Assembly (NCBI GenBank): GCA_963695545.1
Contig: OY968796.1
Span: 1,568,001-1,632,000, forward strand
Origin: Terriglobia bacterium
Lineage (GTDB): Bacteria > Acidobacteriota > Terriglobia > Acidiferrales > UBA7541
DNA length: 64,000 nucleotides
Reading direction: 5' to 3'
In this document: positions 46,504 through 57,450 of the stretch, piece by piece
Layout of the letters: each line of letters starts with the position of its first letter
Position numbering within the stretch: the first letter of the stretch is position 1
Translations under genes and position numbers: made by a program
Notes under the pieces: model-generated
Told to the model about the DNA's origin: nothing
Database searches by the model: none
Seen by the model: only the letters and a program-made list of their open reading frames with translations

Positions 46504-47370
46504 ATGCCATTCTCTCAACAAAAATTCGGTGCGGCGTGGCGGCGCGCGGTGCTCGCGGGCGCGCTTGCGGCGTTGGCGATTTGCGGAACGCGCGCGATTC
46601 GCGCGCAGAGTCCGGCGCTTCCCCATGTGGACGTTTCACTTTTGTCCGACCAGACGGCCGTGCGGCCGGGACAAACACTTTGGGTTGGACTCCAATTTCA
46701 ATTGCCGCGTGGTTGGCATATCTATTGGATGAATCCGGGAGATTCCGGCGAGCCGCCGAAAATTCGGTGGAACTTGCCGCCAGGATTTCACGCCGGGGAT
46801 TTTTTGTGGCCGTATCCGCAGCGCATCGAGGCGCCTTCGATTGTGGATTACGGCTACGCGAATGGCGTGGTGCTCCTCGCGCCGATTGCGGTTCCGGCCG
46901 AATTGCCGGCGCATGGTTCGGTGACGCTGGGCGGCGCGGTGCGCTATCTCGTGTGCCGCGAAATTTGCGTGCCGGGGAAAGCCAGCGTGCAACTCGTGCT
47001 GCCGGTTGCGGCGCACGCGAGCGGCTCCGCCGCGGCGTCGAATGCCCCGGTACACGCGCTGTTCGTGCAGACAAGACAGCGATTGCCGGAGCCCGCTCCG
47101 GCGGCGTGGCAGGCGCGCGCGCGGTCGGCCGGAAATGAATTCGTATTGTCGCTGCGCATCGGCAAGGCCGCGCCGCAAGCGGAATTTTTTCCGATGGATG
47201 CCGACGTGATCGAAAACTCGGCCGCTCAGGAGGTGCGCGGCACAGCGGCGGGACTCGAGATTCATTTGCGGAAATCGGACCAATTGATGAAACCGATTGC
47301 ACGCTTGCGCGGAGTGGTGGTCCTGCCAGGGCGCGGGGCCTACAGCGTGGACGCGCCCGTGACGCAGTAG
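46504..47370 (+). CDS. DsbD N-terminal-like periplasmic protein
   Basis: Signal peptide, GWHIYWMNPGDSG, VCREICVP. Confidence 0.85.
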   Translation: MPFSQQKFGAAWRRAVLAGALAALAICGTRAIRAQSPALPHVDVSLLSDQTAVRPGQTLWVGLQFQLPRGWHIYWMNPGDSGEPPKIRWNLPPGFHAGDFLWPYPQRIEAPSIVDYGYANGVVLLAPIAVPAELPAHGSVTLGGAVRYLVCREICVPGKASVQLVLPVAAHASGSAAASNAPVHALFVQTRQRLPEPAPAAWQARARSAGNEFVLSLRIGKAAPQAEFFPMDADVIENSAAQEVRGTAAGLEIHLRKSDQLMKPIARLRGVVVLPGRGAYSVDAPVTQ

Positions 47371-47461
47371 GCCGCCGCGACAGGAGGCCACCGAGATTTT
47401 GCTGCGAACCGTGACATCGAATGTGCAGGCTCAGCGCATCCGAGCCAGTAAGGAGAGACGC

Positions 47462-48073
47462 ATGAACGCGAAAAAGATCGGCACGATAACGGCGGCGATG
47501 ATTTTGCTTGCAGCAGCGGCGGCGTTCGCTGCGCGCGTGGGCCAAGCAGCGCCGGATTTCACGGCCACCGACAGCAACGGGCAGACGCATCATCTGGCCG
47601 ACTATCGCGGGAAATATGTGGTGCTTGAATGGCACAACAACGGCTGCCCCTACACGCAGAAGCACTACGAGAGCGGCAACATGGAAAATTTGCAGAGGGA
47701 ATGGACGGCTCGCGGCGTGATTTGGTTTACGGTGATTTCATCGGCGCCGGGAGAGCAAGGCTACGTGACCGCGGCGCAGGAGAACGATTACATGCGCGAG
47801 ATGCACGCCGCGCCGACGGCGGCTCTGCTTGATCCGGATGGCCAATTGGGCCGTCTCTACGACGCGAAGACTACGCCGCACATGTTCGTGATCAACCCGG
47901 AAGGCGTGCTGATCTATGACGGCGCGATCGACGACCGGCCGACGACCGATGCGTCGGACATCGCGGGCGCCACGAATTACGTTTCGCAGGCGCTGGCCGA
48001 GGCGATGGCCGGCAAGCCGGTTTCCGTGCCGACCACACGGCCATACGGCTGCTCGGTGAAATACGCGCGCTAG
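47462..48073 (+). CDS. Exported thioredoxin-fold redoxin
   Basis: APDFT..D, VVLEW.N.GCPY, AKTTPHMFV, YGCSVKY. Confidence 0.88.
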   Translation: MNAKKIGTITAAMILLAAAAAFAARVGQAAPDFTATDSNGQTHHLADYRGKYVVLEWHNNGCPYTQKHYESGNMENLQREWTARGVIWFTVISSAPGEQGYVTAAQENDYMREMHAAPTAALLDPDGQLGRLYDAKTTPHMFVINPEGVLIYDGAIDDRPTTDASDIAGATNYVSQALAEAMAGKPVSVPTTRPYGCSVKYAR

Positions 48074-48147
48074 AATCGGCGCGCGCTCGGGTTCGCGAGT
48101 TAGATTTTTATTTTAGTCGGAGCACGAAGCATGGTGCTCTGGTGATG

Positions 48148-48172
48148 AAAGGGGCGGATCGAGATCCGCCCC
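48148..48172 (-). terminator. Terminator-like hairpin between convergent genes
   Basis: GGGGCGGATC/GATCCGCCCC stem, short T-run on the minus strand. Confidence 0.6.
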
Positions 48173-48199
48173 ACTCCTCAGGTTGCTGCGTGCATGGCG

Positions 48200-48532
48200 T
48201 CAGGGGATTTGGATCGCCTCCGTTTTTCCGCTGAAGTCGATCTCCGTGATCTGGTGGTTTGCGTTGGCCGTCACTTCCGTGAACTCAGATCTGTTCGGGA
48301 GCTGGATCCAGTGACAGGGAACTTCGGCGACGACCACGCCGTCCTTCTCGACCGTCAATTGAGTCGCGTCGTTCTTCACTCTGAGTTCGTAAGCGCCGGG
48401 CTGGAGTTCTTTCCCGGCGACGGTTTCGGGTTGTTCGACCGTTAGGTCGGTTGAGAATGTTTGAGCCCAAAGCGGCAGGCTCATTAAGATGACGGCAAAT
48501 CCTGCTAAAAAATGTTGAGCTCGAATACGCAT
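48200..48532 (-). CDS. Small exported beta-rich hypothetical protein
   Basis: AGGAGG RBS, signal peptide, VAGKELQPGAY motif. Confidence 0.7.
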   Translation of the reverse strand: MRIRAQHFLAGFAVILMSLPLWAQTFSTDLTVEQPETVAGKELQPGAYELRVKNDATQLTVEKDGVVVAEVPCHWIQLPNRSEFTEVTANANHQITEIDFSGKTEAIQIP

Positions 48533-48655
48533 AAATCTATTTCCTCCTACGATCAAGGTAGTTTCCCCGCGGGAGAACAGAGCAGGCCTGCAGAGTTCCT
48601 GTGGGCGGGAGCCTCGAATTGAATTCAAATATTCGAGCAGCTCCTCAATAATTGG

Positions 48656-48681
48656 GACGCGCTAGGCGGCGTTAAGGTTGC
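48656..48681 (-). promoter_or_regulatory. Possible ECF sigma promoter
   Basis: GCAACC-N16-CGTC upstream of the 48532 gene. Confidence 0.4.
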
Positions 48682-48728
48682 AGCAGAATTGCCGGTTTAG
48701 CGCGACCGCGTCGCGCGAAACAAACGGC

Positions 48729-51530
48729 TCAACGTTGAGGTTGCTGCGGTTTTTCAATGGTCTGATTGCTCTGCACGGAAAATAAGACGAAATCTGTGAA
48801 GGTGTGCTTGACGACGGCGCGGCCGTTCATCATTTCGGTGAAGGTTTCGGCGCTTTGCGGCAGCCAGAGCTGCACGTTCTGATTGTGGAAGTCCACGGGC
48901 GCGTAAGTGATCGACGTGGCCATGTTGGTGAGGCCGAGCATCGCGACCGGCTCCGCCAGGTTGGTCTCAATGTGCAACACCTGGAAGGAGTCCTGAGCGA
49001 TCCAAGCGATTCCTTTCAGTTTCAAGGAAATCTGTCGCTGCGGTGTGTCGATGCCTTGCGTCCGGCCGGGCTTGTCCTTGCGCTGGACGAAATGGATCAC
49101 CCAAGCGGGAGTTCCATTCCAATCGGCCGCGCCTTCGCAGCGCATATCGTAATCGCCTTGATAGTAGGGGTGGAAAATCAGAGCGAGCGCCGTAAGGCCG
49201 TTATCTCGCGGGCCGCCGGCGAGACCCCTTCCGCCAGCGGACACCTGGCGAGATTCGTCAACCACGAAGGCGTTGGGCGCTTGCTCGAAGGTCACGAGGT
49301 AATCGTAGTTGGCGATTTGGCTTCCAACCAACATCCCCATGGAATTCAGCTGTTGCAATTGAATGGTCTCTTTCGCGGCGAACCTCTGAAGATTGTCGAC
49401 GAGTTCCTGCGCGCGCTCACCGGCCTGCGAGAGAACGTCGGTAAGCGAGCAGGTCTGCGTCGTGGAAATCGATTTCAGTGGCGCATCCACGTTCGGCGGC
49501 GACCACATCGAGTTGTTGTCCTCGGCTTTTTCGGCTTGGCGCGCGAGTTGCATGCAGGGATCGTGCAGGCTGCCGGGCGACTCGCCGCACTTCTCGAAGG
49601 CGTCGGAAGCATCGGCGTAACGCTTGAGTTGCTGCAATCCGATTCCCAGCGCCCAGAGGTCGGTGGGATCAGGGGATGTAACACCCAAATTGGCTTGCTG
49701 CAGTTCGGCGACGGAATCCGTAAAGTCGCGCCGGCGAAATTCGACGAGACCGAGGCCGCTGTGCGCGCGCATCATCTCGGTCGTCTTGTAGGCGGAAAAT
49801 TGCACGTCACTAAGACCCGGCGGCTTGGGCAGCGAGGGAATGATTTCGATCGCGTGCTTCAAATAATTCTCGGCTTGGTCGTACTCGGCGTTCGCGCCGG
49901 AGTCGTTCGGGTCATAGAGATGCGCGATCACCCAGCCGGTCAGAACCAAAATGTCCACGTCGTCGGGATTTTTCGCGAGCGACGTCGCGGCGGCGGCGTA
50001 GAAATCGAGCCAATCCTGCTTCGAGTAGTAGGTTTCGACCAGGCGATTCGATACCGGACCTGCGAACCGGCTGTCGGGATGCGTGGCGAGAAAGTCCTTG
50101 GCGAGCCGAATTTGCGCGTCGGGATCTGTGGCGTCCAGAATCGCCTTGAAGCTCGCTTCTTCCTGCATCTCCGGGCTGAGCGCGGGTTGCGCGGGCTGCG
50201 TCGCGAAGTAGCCGAGACGCGCTTGGATCGTGAAGTTAGGATGCGCGATCACACTTGCCTTTATTTTATGAAAGCTGCCGTCATATTTCAGGTTCGGCGG
50301 CGCGAAGCCGAGCACGTAGGACGCTTCCGCGACGCCGCCGATGCGCTCGAATCCGCCATCGAAATCGTTGGTATCGCGGATGAACACGCCTCCCGTGCCC
50401 TCGGCGGCCCCCGCGACCACCGCCGCGGCTGAATCGTCACCGGCTTTATCAAGCGCGGGATCCGATGCTCCCATCGCTGATTGGCTGGCGTCGCCGCCGG
50501 GAACATACGCTTTCAATCCGTAGCCAGCCATGGCGCTGATCACGACGTTGTTGTGAATCGCACCGTCGATGATTTGATTCAAGCGATCCTGGTGAGCGCG
50601 GTTCTCAAAACCATCCGAGATCAGCGCGATGCCGTGTTCCCCGGGAAGTTGCCCCATGCGCCGGACCAGATTCTGCAGAGCGCCAAGCGTGTTTTCGGCG
50701 TACACGTCGCTTAGAGCCAAAACATTTCGCGCGGTCATTTGGGCGATGATCGGCAGATTTGTGCCCGGTGGGCAACTGCTTGGCGGTCCGCCGCAAACGC
50801 ATTGCGCGGTCATGTTGATCGCGTCCTGCACGGCCACTGGATCGTCGTCCAGGAAGAGTTGCGCATGGTAAGCGGTCAGGTTCGGACACTCTCCCCCCGC
50901 AGAGTTCGCCGCGATGCGAAGTTGTGCGAGCGCCTTTTGAAGTTTGTCGGCGTCGGTGGTGAAGTCGATCTCCGCTCGCCCGGACGGCGTGAAGATGCCG
51001 ACGCTGTCGCCGGCGCCTAGCGCCTTTACCAGAAATCTCTGCGCGGCGTCGCGCGTACGAGCCAATTCCGCAAACTGCAGATGGTAATCGTCGAAGAAAA
51101 GCGCGGTGTAGTGCTGACTGGAACCCGGCGCGGGTGCGGTAGCAGGCTGCGCGCCGGTCGGCGCGGCGGCCGGAGTTTCCGCTGGCGCGGGTTGAACCGC
51201 GCCGTTCGCGGCGTTCTCGGCGGAAAAATAAGCGATGGCTTGCGGCTTGCCGTTATCGAAAAGTTGGAAATCATTTTGGGCGAGGCCGCTCACGGCATTG
51301 CCATGGGCATCGCGCACGACGACGCGCACGAGCACGAGATTCGATTGAACGCTGATGACGGACGGAGGCGCAGCCGCCTGCGACGCCGCGGGAGAGGAAC
51401 TATTCGGCGCTTGCGCGGCCAGCAGCGCGAGGCTGCACGCGGCAATCGCCGCCATAAACAGCGCAGCTCTTGCCGCGGAAGATTTCCGCAAGGGCTGGCC
51501 GTGAGACTCCATGTTCAAGGCATTCGACAC
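48729..51530 (-). CDS. Acidobacterial VWA-domain protein with TPR region
   Basis: NLVLVRVVVRD..G..V.GL...DF, ISDGF, TGG, SYVLGF.P, TPR-like helices; start approximate. Confidence 0.85.
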   Translation of the reverse strand: MSNALNMESHGQPLRKSSAARAALFMAAIAACSLALLAAQAPNSSSPAASQAAAPPSVISVQSNLVLVRVVVRDAHGNAVSGLAQNDFQLFDNGKPQAIAYFSAENAANGAVQPAPAETPAAAPTGAQPATAPAPGSSQHYTALFFDDYHLQFAELARTRDAAQRFLVKALGAGDSVGIFTPSGRAEIDFTTDADKLQKALAQLRIAANSAGGECPNLTAYHAQLFLDDDPVAVQDAINMTAQCVCGGPPSSCPPGTNLPIIAQMTARNVLALSDVYAENTLGALQNLVRRMGQLPGEHGIALISDGFENRAHQDRLNQIIDGAIHNNVVISAMAGYGLKAYVPGGDASQSAMGASDPALDKAGDDSAAAVVAGAAEGTGGVFIRDTNDFDGGFERIGGVAEASYVLGFAPPNLKYDGSFHKIKASVIAHPNFTIQARLGYFATQPAQPALSPEMQEEASFKAILDATDPDAQIRLAKDFLATHPDSRFAGPVSNRLVETYYSKQDWLDFYAAAATSLAKNPDDVDILVLTGWVIAHLYDPNDSGANAEYDQAENYLKHAIEIIPSLPKPPGLSDVQFSAYKTTEMMRAHSGLGLVEFRRRDFTDSVAELQQANLGVTSPDPTDLWALGIGLQQLKRYADASDAFEKCGESPGSLHDPCMQLARQAEKAEDNNSMWSPPNVDAPLKSISTTQTCSLTDVLSQAGERAQELVDNLQRFAAKETIQLQQLNSMGMLVGSQIANYDYLVTFEQAPNAFVVDESRQVSAGGRGLAGGPRDNGLTALALIFHPYYQGDYDMRCEGAADWNGTPAWVIHFVQRKDKPGRTQGIDTPQRQISLKLKGIAWIAQDSFQVLHIETNLAEPVAMLGLTNMATSITYAPVDFHNQNVQLWLPQSAETFTEMMNGRAVVKHTFTDFVLFSVQSNQTIEKPQQPQR

Positions 51531-51542
51531 AGCGGTCGCCCG

Positions 51543-54416
51543 CTAAGGCTGGGGCGGCTTTAGTTTAATCTCGACGGAGAACAAGGCGAAATCGGAAAAA
51601 GTGTCCTTGGTGACCACGCGCTTCCTGGCAACTTCCGTGAAGGTCTCGGCGCTTTGCGGCAGCCAGAGTTGCACGTTCTGGCCGCGGAATTCCACGGGCC
51701 CGTAGTCAACCGAGACAGCATCGCTGTCGACGGTTTGATCCTGGCGGAGCAGGACAGGCTCGAGCAAATTGGTGTCGATGTGCAGAACCTGGTAGGAGTC
51801 CTTTGCAATCCACGCGCGGCCTTTTAATTGTTCCGGGAAGACAGTCTGCGGTGTGACGTATCCCCGCGTGCGACTGGGTTTGTCTTTGCGCTGGGCGAAA
51901 TGGATCACCCATGCGGGGGTTCCATTCCAATCGGCCAGGCCCTCGCAGCGCATCTCGTAGTCGCCTTGATAGTACGGATGGAAAATCAGCGCGAGAGAAG
52001 TGAGGCCCTGAACGGGCGGATTGCCGGTGAGAGGCTTGGCATCGGGAGTGAGCCGGAGATTTTCGTCGAACAAAAACGCGCCGGGCATCTGCTTGAGGCT
52101 CACGACGTAATCGAAGTCGGCGGATTCGTCCACTTTCAGCGAGTAATCGTAGGACGCGCCTCCGTCCGGGCCCATGTCCGCTGCATAGGCATCCAGTTCG
52201 TCGTATTGAATTTTCTCGCGCGCGGTGAACTTCGGGAAGTTATCGACGAGTTCCTGAGCGCGTTCGCCGGCGTGGGTCAGGACGTCGGGAAGCGAGCAGG
52301 CCTCGGCCTTAGAAACCAGCGGCAGCCGCGCATCGACGTCCGGCGGAGACCAGAGCGTCTGGCGAGCTTTGGCCTTGGCGCCCCCCACTTGATGAGCGAG
52401 CTGCTTGCAAGGGCCCTGCAAGCCGCCGGGAATCTGGGCACATTTCTTGAATGCGTCGCCCGCTTCGTCGTAGCGATCGAGTTGCTGCAGCCCGATGCCC
52501 AACTCGCGCAGATCGGAGGGATCGGGTGATACCTCGCCTTGAATCGCCTGCTGGAATTCCTGGACGGAGTGCAGGTAGTCTCGCCGGAGAAAATCAATCA
52601 GGCCGAGGCCGCGATGCGCCAATAATATTTCGGATGACTTGTGCGCGGCAAACTGCTCGTCGGTGAGCCCGGCGGCGTTGGAAAGAGTGGGAATGATCTC
52701 GATGGCGCGGTTCAAATCGGTCTCAGCTTCGTTCAGCTTGGCGGCGGCTGCGGGGCTGTTTGGATCGTACAAGTGCGCGCTCACCCAGCCGGTCAAGACC
52801 AAAACGTCCACATCGTCGGGATATTTTGCAAGCGCGCTGGCTGACGCTGCGTAGAAATCGTTCCAATCTTGTTTCGCGTAGCACGCCGCTACCAGAAGAT
52901 TTGACACGGGTTCGGCGAACCGACTCGCGGGGTGTTGCGCGAGGAAATCCTGGCTGAGCTGAATTTGCTGGGCCGGATCGGTTGTGGCCTGGATCGCTTT
53001 GAAGCCGGCTGCTTCCTGCATTGCAGTCTGCATCGCAGCACTCGCCGGGGATTCCGGCTGCGGCGGTGTGGCGAAATAGCCGGGGCGCGCTTGCACCGTC
53101 CAGTTGGAATGCGTGGTCACGATGATTTTCAATTTGTGATAGCGGCCGTCGAATGCGAGTTCGTTCGGCGCGAAACCGAGCACGTAGGACGCTTCCGCGA
53201 CAGCGCCGATGCGGTCGAATCCGCTCTTGTAGTCGTTCGTGTTGCGTACGAAAACGCCACCGGTGCCCCCGGCTGTGTCCTGCATCACTTCCGCGTCAGC
53301 GTTGACGCCCGCCCTTTCGACTTTGCTCTGGAATGGTGATCCGGCTGACTCGCTGGCCACATCGAAGGTGGAATCCGCAGCCAGACCATGAGCATCGAGC
53401 GCGCTGATGGTGACGTTGTTTCGGATGGCGGCATCGATGATTTGATTCAAGCGATCGGGGTGCGCCCGATCTCTGAAACCATCCGACACCATCCCGATCC
53501 TGTGTTCGCCGGGAAGTTCGCCAATGTACCGGACCAGCTTCTGCAGGGCCGCGAGCGTTTCTTGGGCATACCCATCGCTTTGTGCCACGATCGCTTGCGC
53601 GGCGGACTGAGCGACGTTGTCTACCGCAGTCTGCGAGCAGTTGCTGGGCGGGCTGCCATTCGGTCCTGGGGGACAGACGCATGGAGTAGCCATTGATCTC
53701 GCGAGCGTTACGGCGTCCGGGTCGTTGTCCATGACGCCCTGGGCAACGTAAAGCGGCAGGGCGGGGCACCCGTTGTCCGCGGGTCGCGACTCAATGCGAA
53801 TTTGGGAGAGTGCCTTCTGAAGTTTGTCGGCGTCGGTCGTGAAGTCGAGGGTCACCTTCCCAGAAGCCGTGAAGATTCCGATCCGATCGCCGGCGCTCAA
53901 CGCCTTGCCGATGAATCCTTGCGCCGCCTGGCGCGTCTGCGCCAAATCCTCAAATTGCATGTGGTAATCGTCGAAGAAAAGCCCCGTGGCACGCTGCCTC
54001 GAAGTCGGCGCGGGCGCGCTCGCGCTCGCGGGCTGCGCGCCCGTGGGCGTCGTGGCTGATGTTCCGGCAGTCGCGGGCTGAGTTGCGCCGTTCGAAGCGT
54101 TCTCGGCGGAAAAATACGCGATCGTTTGCGGCTTGCCGTTGTCGTAGAGTTGGAAATCTGATTGGCGAAGGCCCGTGACCGCGTTGCCCTGAGCATCGCG
54201 CACGACGACGCGCACCAGCACAAGATTCGTTTCGACGCTGATAACGGATGGAGGCGCTGCTGTTTGCGACGGCGCGGGAGCGGCACGGTTGGGAACTTGC
54301 GCCGCCAGAAGAGCGAGGCTGCACGCAGCAATTGCCGCCATAAACAGCGGAGCCCTTGCTGCGGGCGGTCTGCGCACGCGTCGTCCGCGAATTTCTCCGC
54401 TCAACGATTTGGTCAA
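51543..54416 (-). CDS. Acidobacterial VWA-domain protein, tandem paralog
   Basis: Same architecture and long shared stretches with 48729-51530. Confidence 0.85.
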   Translation of the reverse strand: MTKSLSGEIRGRRVRRPPAARAPLFMAAIAACSLALLAAQVPNRAAPAPSQTAAPPSVISVETNLVLVRVVVRDAQGNAVTGLRQSDFQLYDNGKPQTIAYFSAENASNGATQPATAGTSATTPTGAQPASASAPAPTSRQRATGLFFDDYHMQFEDLAQTRQAAQGFIGKALSAGDRIGIFTASGKVTLDFTTDADKLQKALSQIRIESRPADNGCPALPLYVAQGVMDNDPDAVTLARSMATPCVCPPGPNGSPPSNCSQTAVDNVAQSAAQAIVAQSDGYAQETLAALQKLVRYIGELPGEHRIGMVSDGFRDRAHPDRLNQIIDAAIRNNVTISALDAHGLAADSTFDVASESAGSPFQSKVERAGVNADAEVMQDTAGGTGGVFVRNTNDYKSGFDRIGAVAEASYVLGFAPNELAFDGRYHKLKIIVTTHSNWTVQARPGYFATPPQPESPASAAMQTAMQEAAGFKAIQATTDPAQQIQLSQDFLAQHPASRFAEPVSNLLVAACYAKQDWNDFYAASASALAKYPDDVDVLVLTGWVSAHLYDPNSPAAAAKLNEAETDLNRAIEIIPTLSNAAGLTDEQFAAHKSSEILLAHRGLGLIDFLRRDYLHSVQEFQQAIQGEVSPDPSDLRELGIGLQQLDRYDEAGDAFKKCAQIPGGLQGPCKQLAHQVGGAKAKARQTLWSPPDVDARLPLVSKAEACSLPDVLTHAGERAQELVDNFPKFTAREKIQYDELDAYAADMGPDGGASYDYSLKVDESADFDYVVSLKQMPGAFLFDENLRLTPDAKPLTGNPPVQGLTSLALIFHPYYQGDYEMRCEGLADWNGTPAWVIHFAQRKDKPSRTRGYVTPQTVFPEQLKGRAWIAKDSYQVLHIDTNLLEPVLLRQDQTVDSDAVSVDYGPVEFRGQNVQLWLPQSAETFTEVARKRVVTKDTFSDFALFSVEIKLKPPQP

Positions 54417-54563
54417 AGCGGCCTCTCGATCTCGAATCGCCGCGCGGAATTTTATCTGACGCTATTTGCCGCAAGGCCTAGCGCAAAATAGCTTACGGAA
54501 AGTCCGATGTCAACCAGCGAAGTTTACCTAGGTGCCTATCCGTAGCGCGGCTCAGTGCGGCGC

Positions 54564-57260
54564 TCAGGCGCGCTCGATGAGATAGCGCTCGCCGGGTTCG
54601 GTCGGGAAAACAATTGTGTCGCCGGCCGCGGTGAATGAGATTGTGGAAGCGTCGCGCGCTTTCTTGATTCGCAGCGGGCCGGGCCAGGGCTTGACGAGGC
54701 GGACGGGCTTGCCTTTTTCGCTGAGCAGAGAAATCTGCGTGATCTCGCGGCCATCGAATGCGGCGCTGACCAGGAAGGCGCCGGCGGCGCGAAGATTTTC
54801 AAAGCGAGCGGGGCCGAGATTTTGCACGTTGGGGAAAAGACGCAGCGTGCCCGAATAACTTTGCAACATGCATTCGTTGAGCACGCCGGGAAGCGCGAAA
54901 TTCTCCGTCCAGACTCCCATGCGCATCATGAAATCGAAATCGGTGGAATCGCTATAGCGCCCGCCGGATTGGCGCACGCGGTCGTTGGCGATTCCATCGG
55001 GCAAAAGGCAATAGGCCACCTGACTTTTGAACCAATCGAGATCGAGCATGCCCAGGCGGGCGCGAATCCAGGGCTGGTACACAACATCGTTGCCGCCTTC
55101 CAGGCGCGCGGCGCGCGCAGATCGGCGAGCGATTTCGAGTTGCTCTTCGTGTAGGCCGAGGCCAACTTGCTCGCCCGGGAAAACCGGAGCCAGCGTGATC
55201 GGAATGTTGTAAATCCACTCCGCGGGTGCATCCACCACGTCCAGCCACACCTCGCCGTACGGGCCAGTGATTTTCGGATAGGGCGCGAGATTGTCGGCAA
55301 TTTCCCGCCACTGCGCGCGCTCGGTCTCGTCGGTATCGAGAACCTTCGACGCTTCGATCACGGCCTTCAGGAGAAATTGCGTGAGCGCGAGATCGAGAAT
55401 GCAATCTTTGTTCAGGCGGTAGTCGACGGTGAAGCCCCAGTTCTCGGAAGACACCGTGGGGATGATGTGATATTTGGCGTCGTTCCCTTTCTGAACGTAC
55501 GCGGCCAGAAATCGCGCACCGGAGCGCAGCATGGGATACGCGCTACGCAAGTATTCAACGTCCTGCGTGTAGAGATACTGCCACCACAAACTTTGCAGCG
55601 ACCACGGAGTTTCGCTGATCTGGTAGCCCCATGGTGGAACGGGGTACGGATTGATCTGGCTGGGCACGGGAAAAACCGAATGCGGGAAATACGCGCCGGG
55701 CAAATCGAATTTCTCCTTGGCGTATTTCTCGGACATGGCCATCATGTTTTGGCATAGCTCGAAATAGGGAGCGTGCTGCTCGACGTGGTTGCTCGAAAAA
55801 ACTCCCCAGAAAACCTGCTGGCAGTTGTAATCCATGTGGTAGTCGCCGTGCCACGCCGTTCCGATGCCGCCGGTGGACCAATTTCCGAAAAGGCCCGGCG
55901 CGGTGCTGCCCGGACGCAGGCAGCACGCGAGAAAATATTGATTGAGATACCAGATGCGTTCGAGATCTTTGTCTTCAAATTGAACGGCGGAACGCGACCA
56001 GAATTCCTTCCAGTGTGTTTCGCTGCCTTGGCGGATTCCGGCGGCGGCGAATGCGGAAAGTCGTTCCACTTCCGTGCGCGCTTGAGCCAGCGTTTCCAAA
56101 TCTTCGCCGGAGTACGCGTAATCCTGAGTGATGGTGACGGGCGGGCGAGGCTCGCTCGACGCGGCTGCCTCGCGTTCGAGGCGTTCGAGCAAAATGTCGC
56201 GCGGCGTCACGACCTTCAGGTCCAGGCGAAAACCCTGCGGTCCGCTGGCGATCAGGTGAACTCCCGGCGGTTCGCGCAGGCCCAGCGTGCCGGGCGGTGT
56301 GGCGCTGGACTGCGCGAGACGATCTTGATTTTCTTTCAGACCCTCGACGGACCACGAGCCGGACACTCGTCCGCACAGCGAAAAATTGCGGTCGCGATCC
56401 GAGCGCGGTGGAGAGGGCAATTCCGGAGTCGGGCCGATGGCGGGAAAATATTGGAAGCAAGAAAATTCCGCGAAGCCGTCGGCTGTGCGCGCCTCAATCT
56501 CGGGACGCGGCAGCGTGGCAGGTGTAACGTCGGATTCCGTAAAGCCGAACGGGGCGCTGGTCGTGTTGTCGAGATCGGGAACGTAATTGACCGCGGAAAA
56601 CGGCGCGGGAGCGTCCGTAGTCACGGAGACCAATCCCGTCGTCCAATCCACGAAACACGAAACGTTTACCTTGCGCGACGCGCCCGAAGCGTCATTCACG
56701 GCAAGCTGCAGCGCGTAGAGACCGCTCGACGGATCCAAGGTCTGCCGCAGCGGCTGCACCCAGCGTGGGTCCCAATGAATCCAGACCGTTCCGCAGGGCC
56801 ACGGGCGCGGCCAGGGCTTGCGATAGGATGAGACGACCTTTTGTGTGTACTCGCGAAAGAAATCGATACTGGTTTCGAGATGCAGCATGTCGGGCCGGCC
56901 CTGCTTCTTGGCCTCTTCGCCGGCGCGCGCCCACAGGTCGAGCAGTTCCTTGAACGTCAGAACGTATTTTTCAATGTCTTCGCTGACCCGAATATCCCAG
57001 CAATCGCTTTTTCCGACGTGCAGACCCAGCGCGTCCGGCCGAACCACGGCGCACACGCCAACGTCGCCGTTTCCAAGCAGCATGCCTTCAAAAAAATTCG
57101 GCGTGGGTGGCGTGCTGACCAATTCATGCCGCCGCGCGATGGCAAACGCGTCGAGCGAGTCAGTGTCACGCAGAATCGAGGTTGTGCCGGCGTTCAGCAT
57201 CGAGCCGGCTACGCTGGCGACCGCGGAAGTTTGGATAAATTCCCTGCGGCTAATTTTCAC
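54564..57260 (-). CDS. Tat-exported GH95-like glycoside hydrolase
   Basis: SRREFI Tat motif, LLGNGDVG, WHGDYHMDYNCQ, NECMLQS, LRAAGAFLVSA. Confidence 0.8.
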   Translation of the reverse strand: MKISRREFIQTSAVASVAGSMLNAGTTSILRDTDSLDAFAIARRHELVSTPPTPNFFEGMLLGNGDVGVCAVVRPDALGLHVGKSDCWDIRVSEDIEKYVLTFKELLDLWARAGEEAKKQGRPDMLHLETSIDFFREYTQKVVSSYRKPWPRPWPCGTVWIHWDPRWVQPLRQTLDPSSGLYALQLAVNDASGASRKVNVSCFVDWTTGLVSVTTDAPAPFSAVNYVPDLDNTTSAPFGFTESDVTPATLPRPEIEARTADGFAEFSCFQYFPAIGPTPELPSPPRSDRDRNFSLCGRVSGSWSVEGLKENQDRLAQSSATPPGTLGLREPPGVHLIASGPQGFRLDLKVVTPRDILLERLEREAAASSEPRPPVTITQDYAYSGEDLETLAQARTEVERLSAFAAAGIRQGSETHWKEFWSRSAVQFEDKDLERIWYLNQYFLACCLRPGSTAPGLFGNWSTGGIGTAWHGDYHMDYNCQQVFWGVFSSNHVEQHAPYFELCQNMMAMSEKYAKEKFDLPGAYFPHSVFPVPSQINPYPVPPWGYQISETPWSLQSLWWQYLYTQDVEYLRSAYPMLRSGARFLAAYVQKGNDAKYHIIPTVSSENWGFTVDYRLNKDCILDLALTQFLLKAVIEASKVLDTDETERAQWREIADNLAPYPKITGPYGEVWLDVVDAPAEWIYNIPITLAPVFPGEQVGLGLHEEQLEIARRSARAARLEGGNDVVYQPWIRARLGMLDLDWFKSQVAYCLLPDGIANDRVRQSGGRYSDSTDFDFMMRMGVWTENFALPGVLNECMLQSYSGTLRLFPNVQNLGPARFENLRAAGAFLVSAAFDGREITQISLLSEKGKPVRLVKPWPGPLRIKKARDASTISFTAAGDTIVFPTEPGERYLIERA

Positions 57261-57450
57261 TGGCCCTCCCGTCACGGCGCGTCCGCAATGCGATTCGTTT
57301 CGACCGCCAACGTACTTCAAGTGCGATTCAGGCGCAACGGCGCCACTGGAATTTTCGATTTCGCTGTCGTTCGGTGATGCAGCGCAGACGCGTCGCTCGA
57401 TGGTCTTTGTGCACTAACTTGCTTTGTGGCAAAATCTTGCGTCTGTCTAC

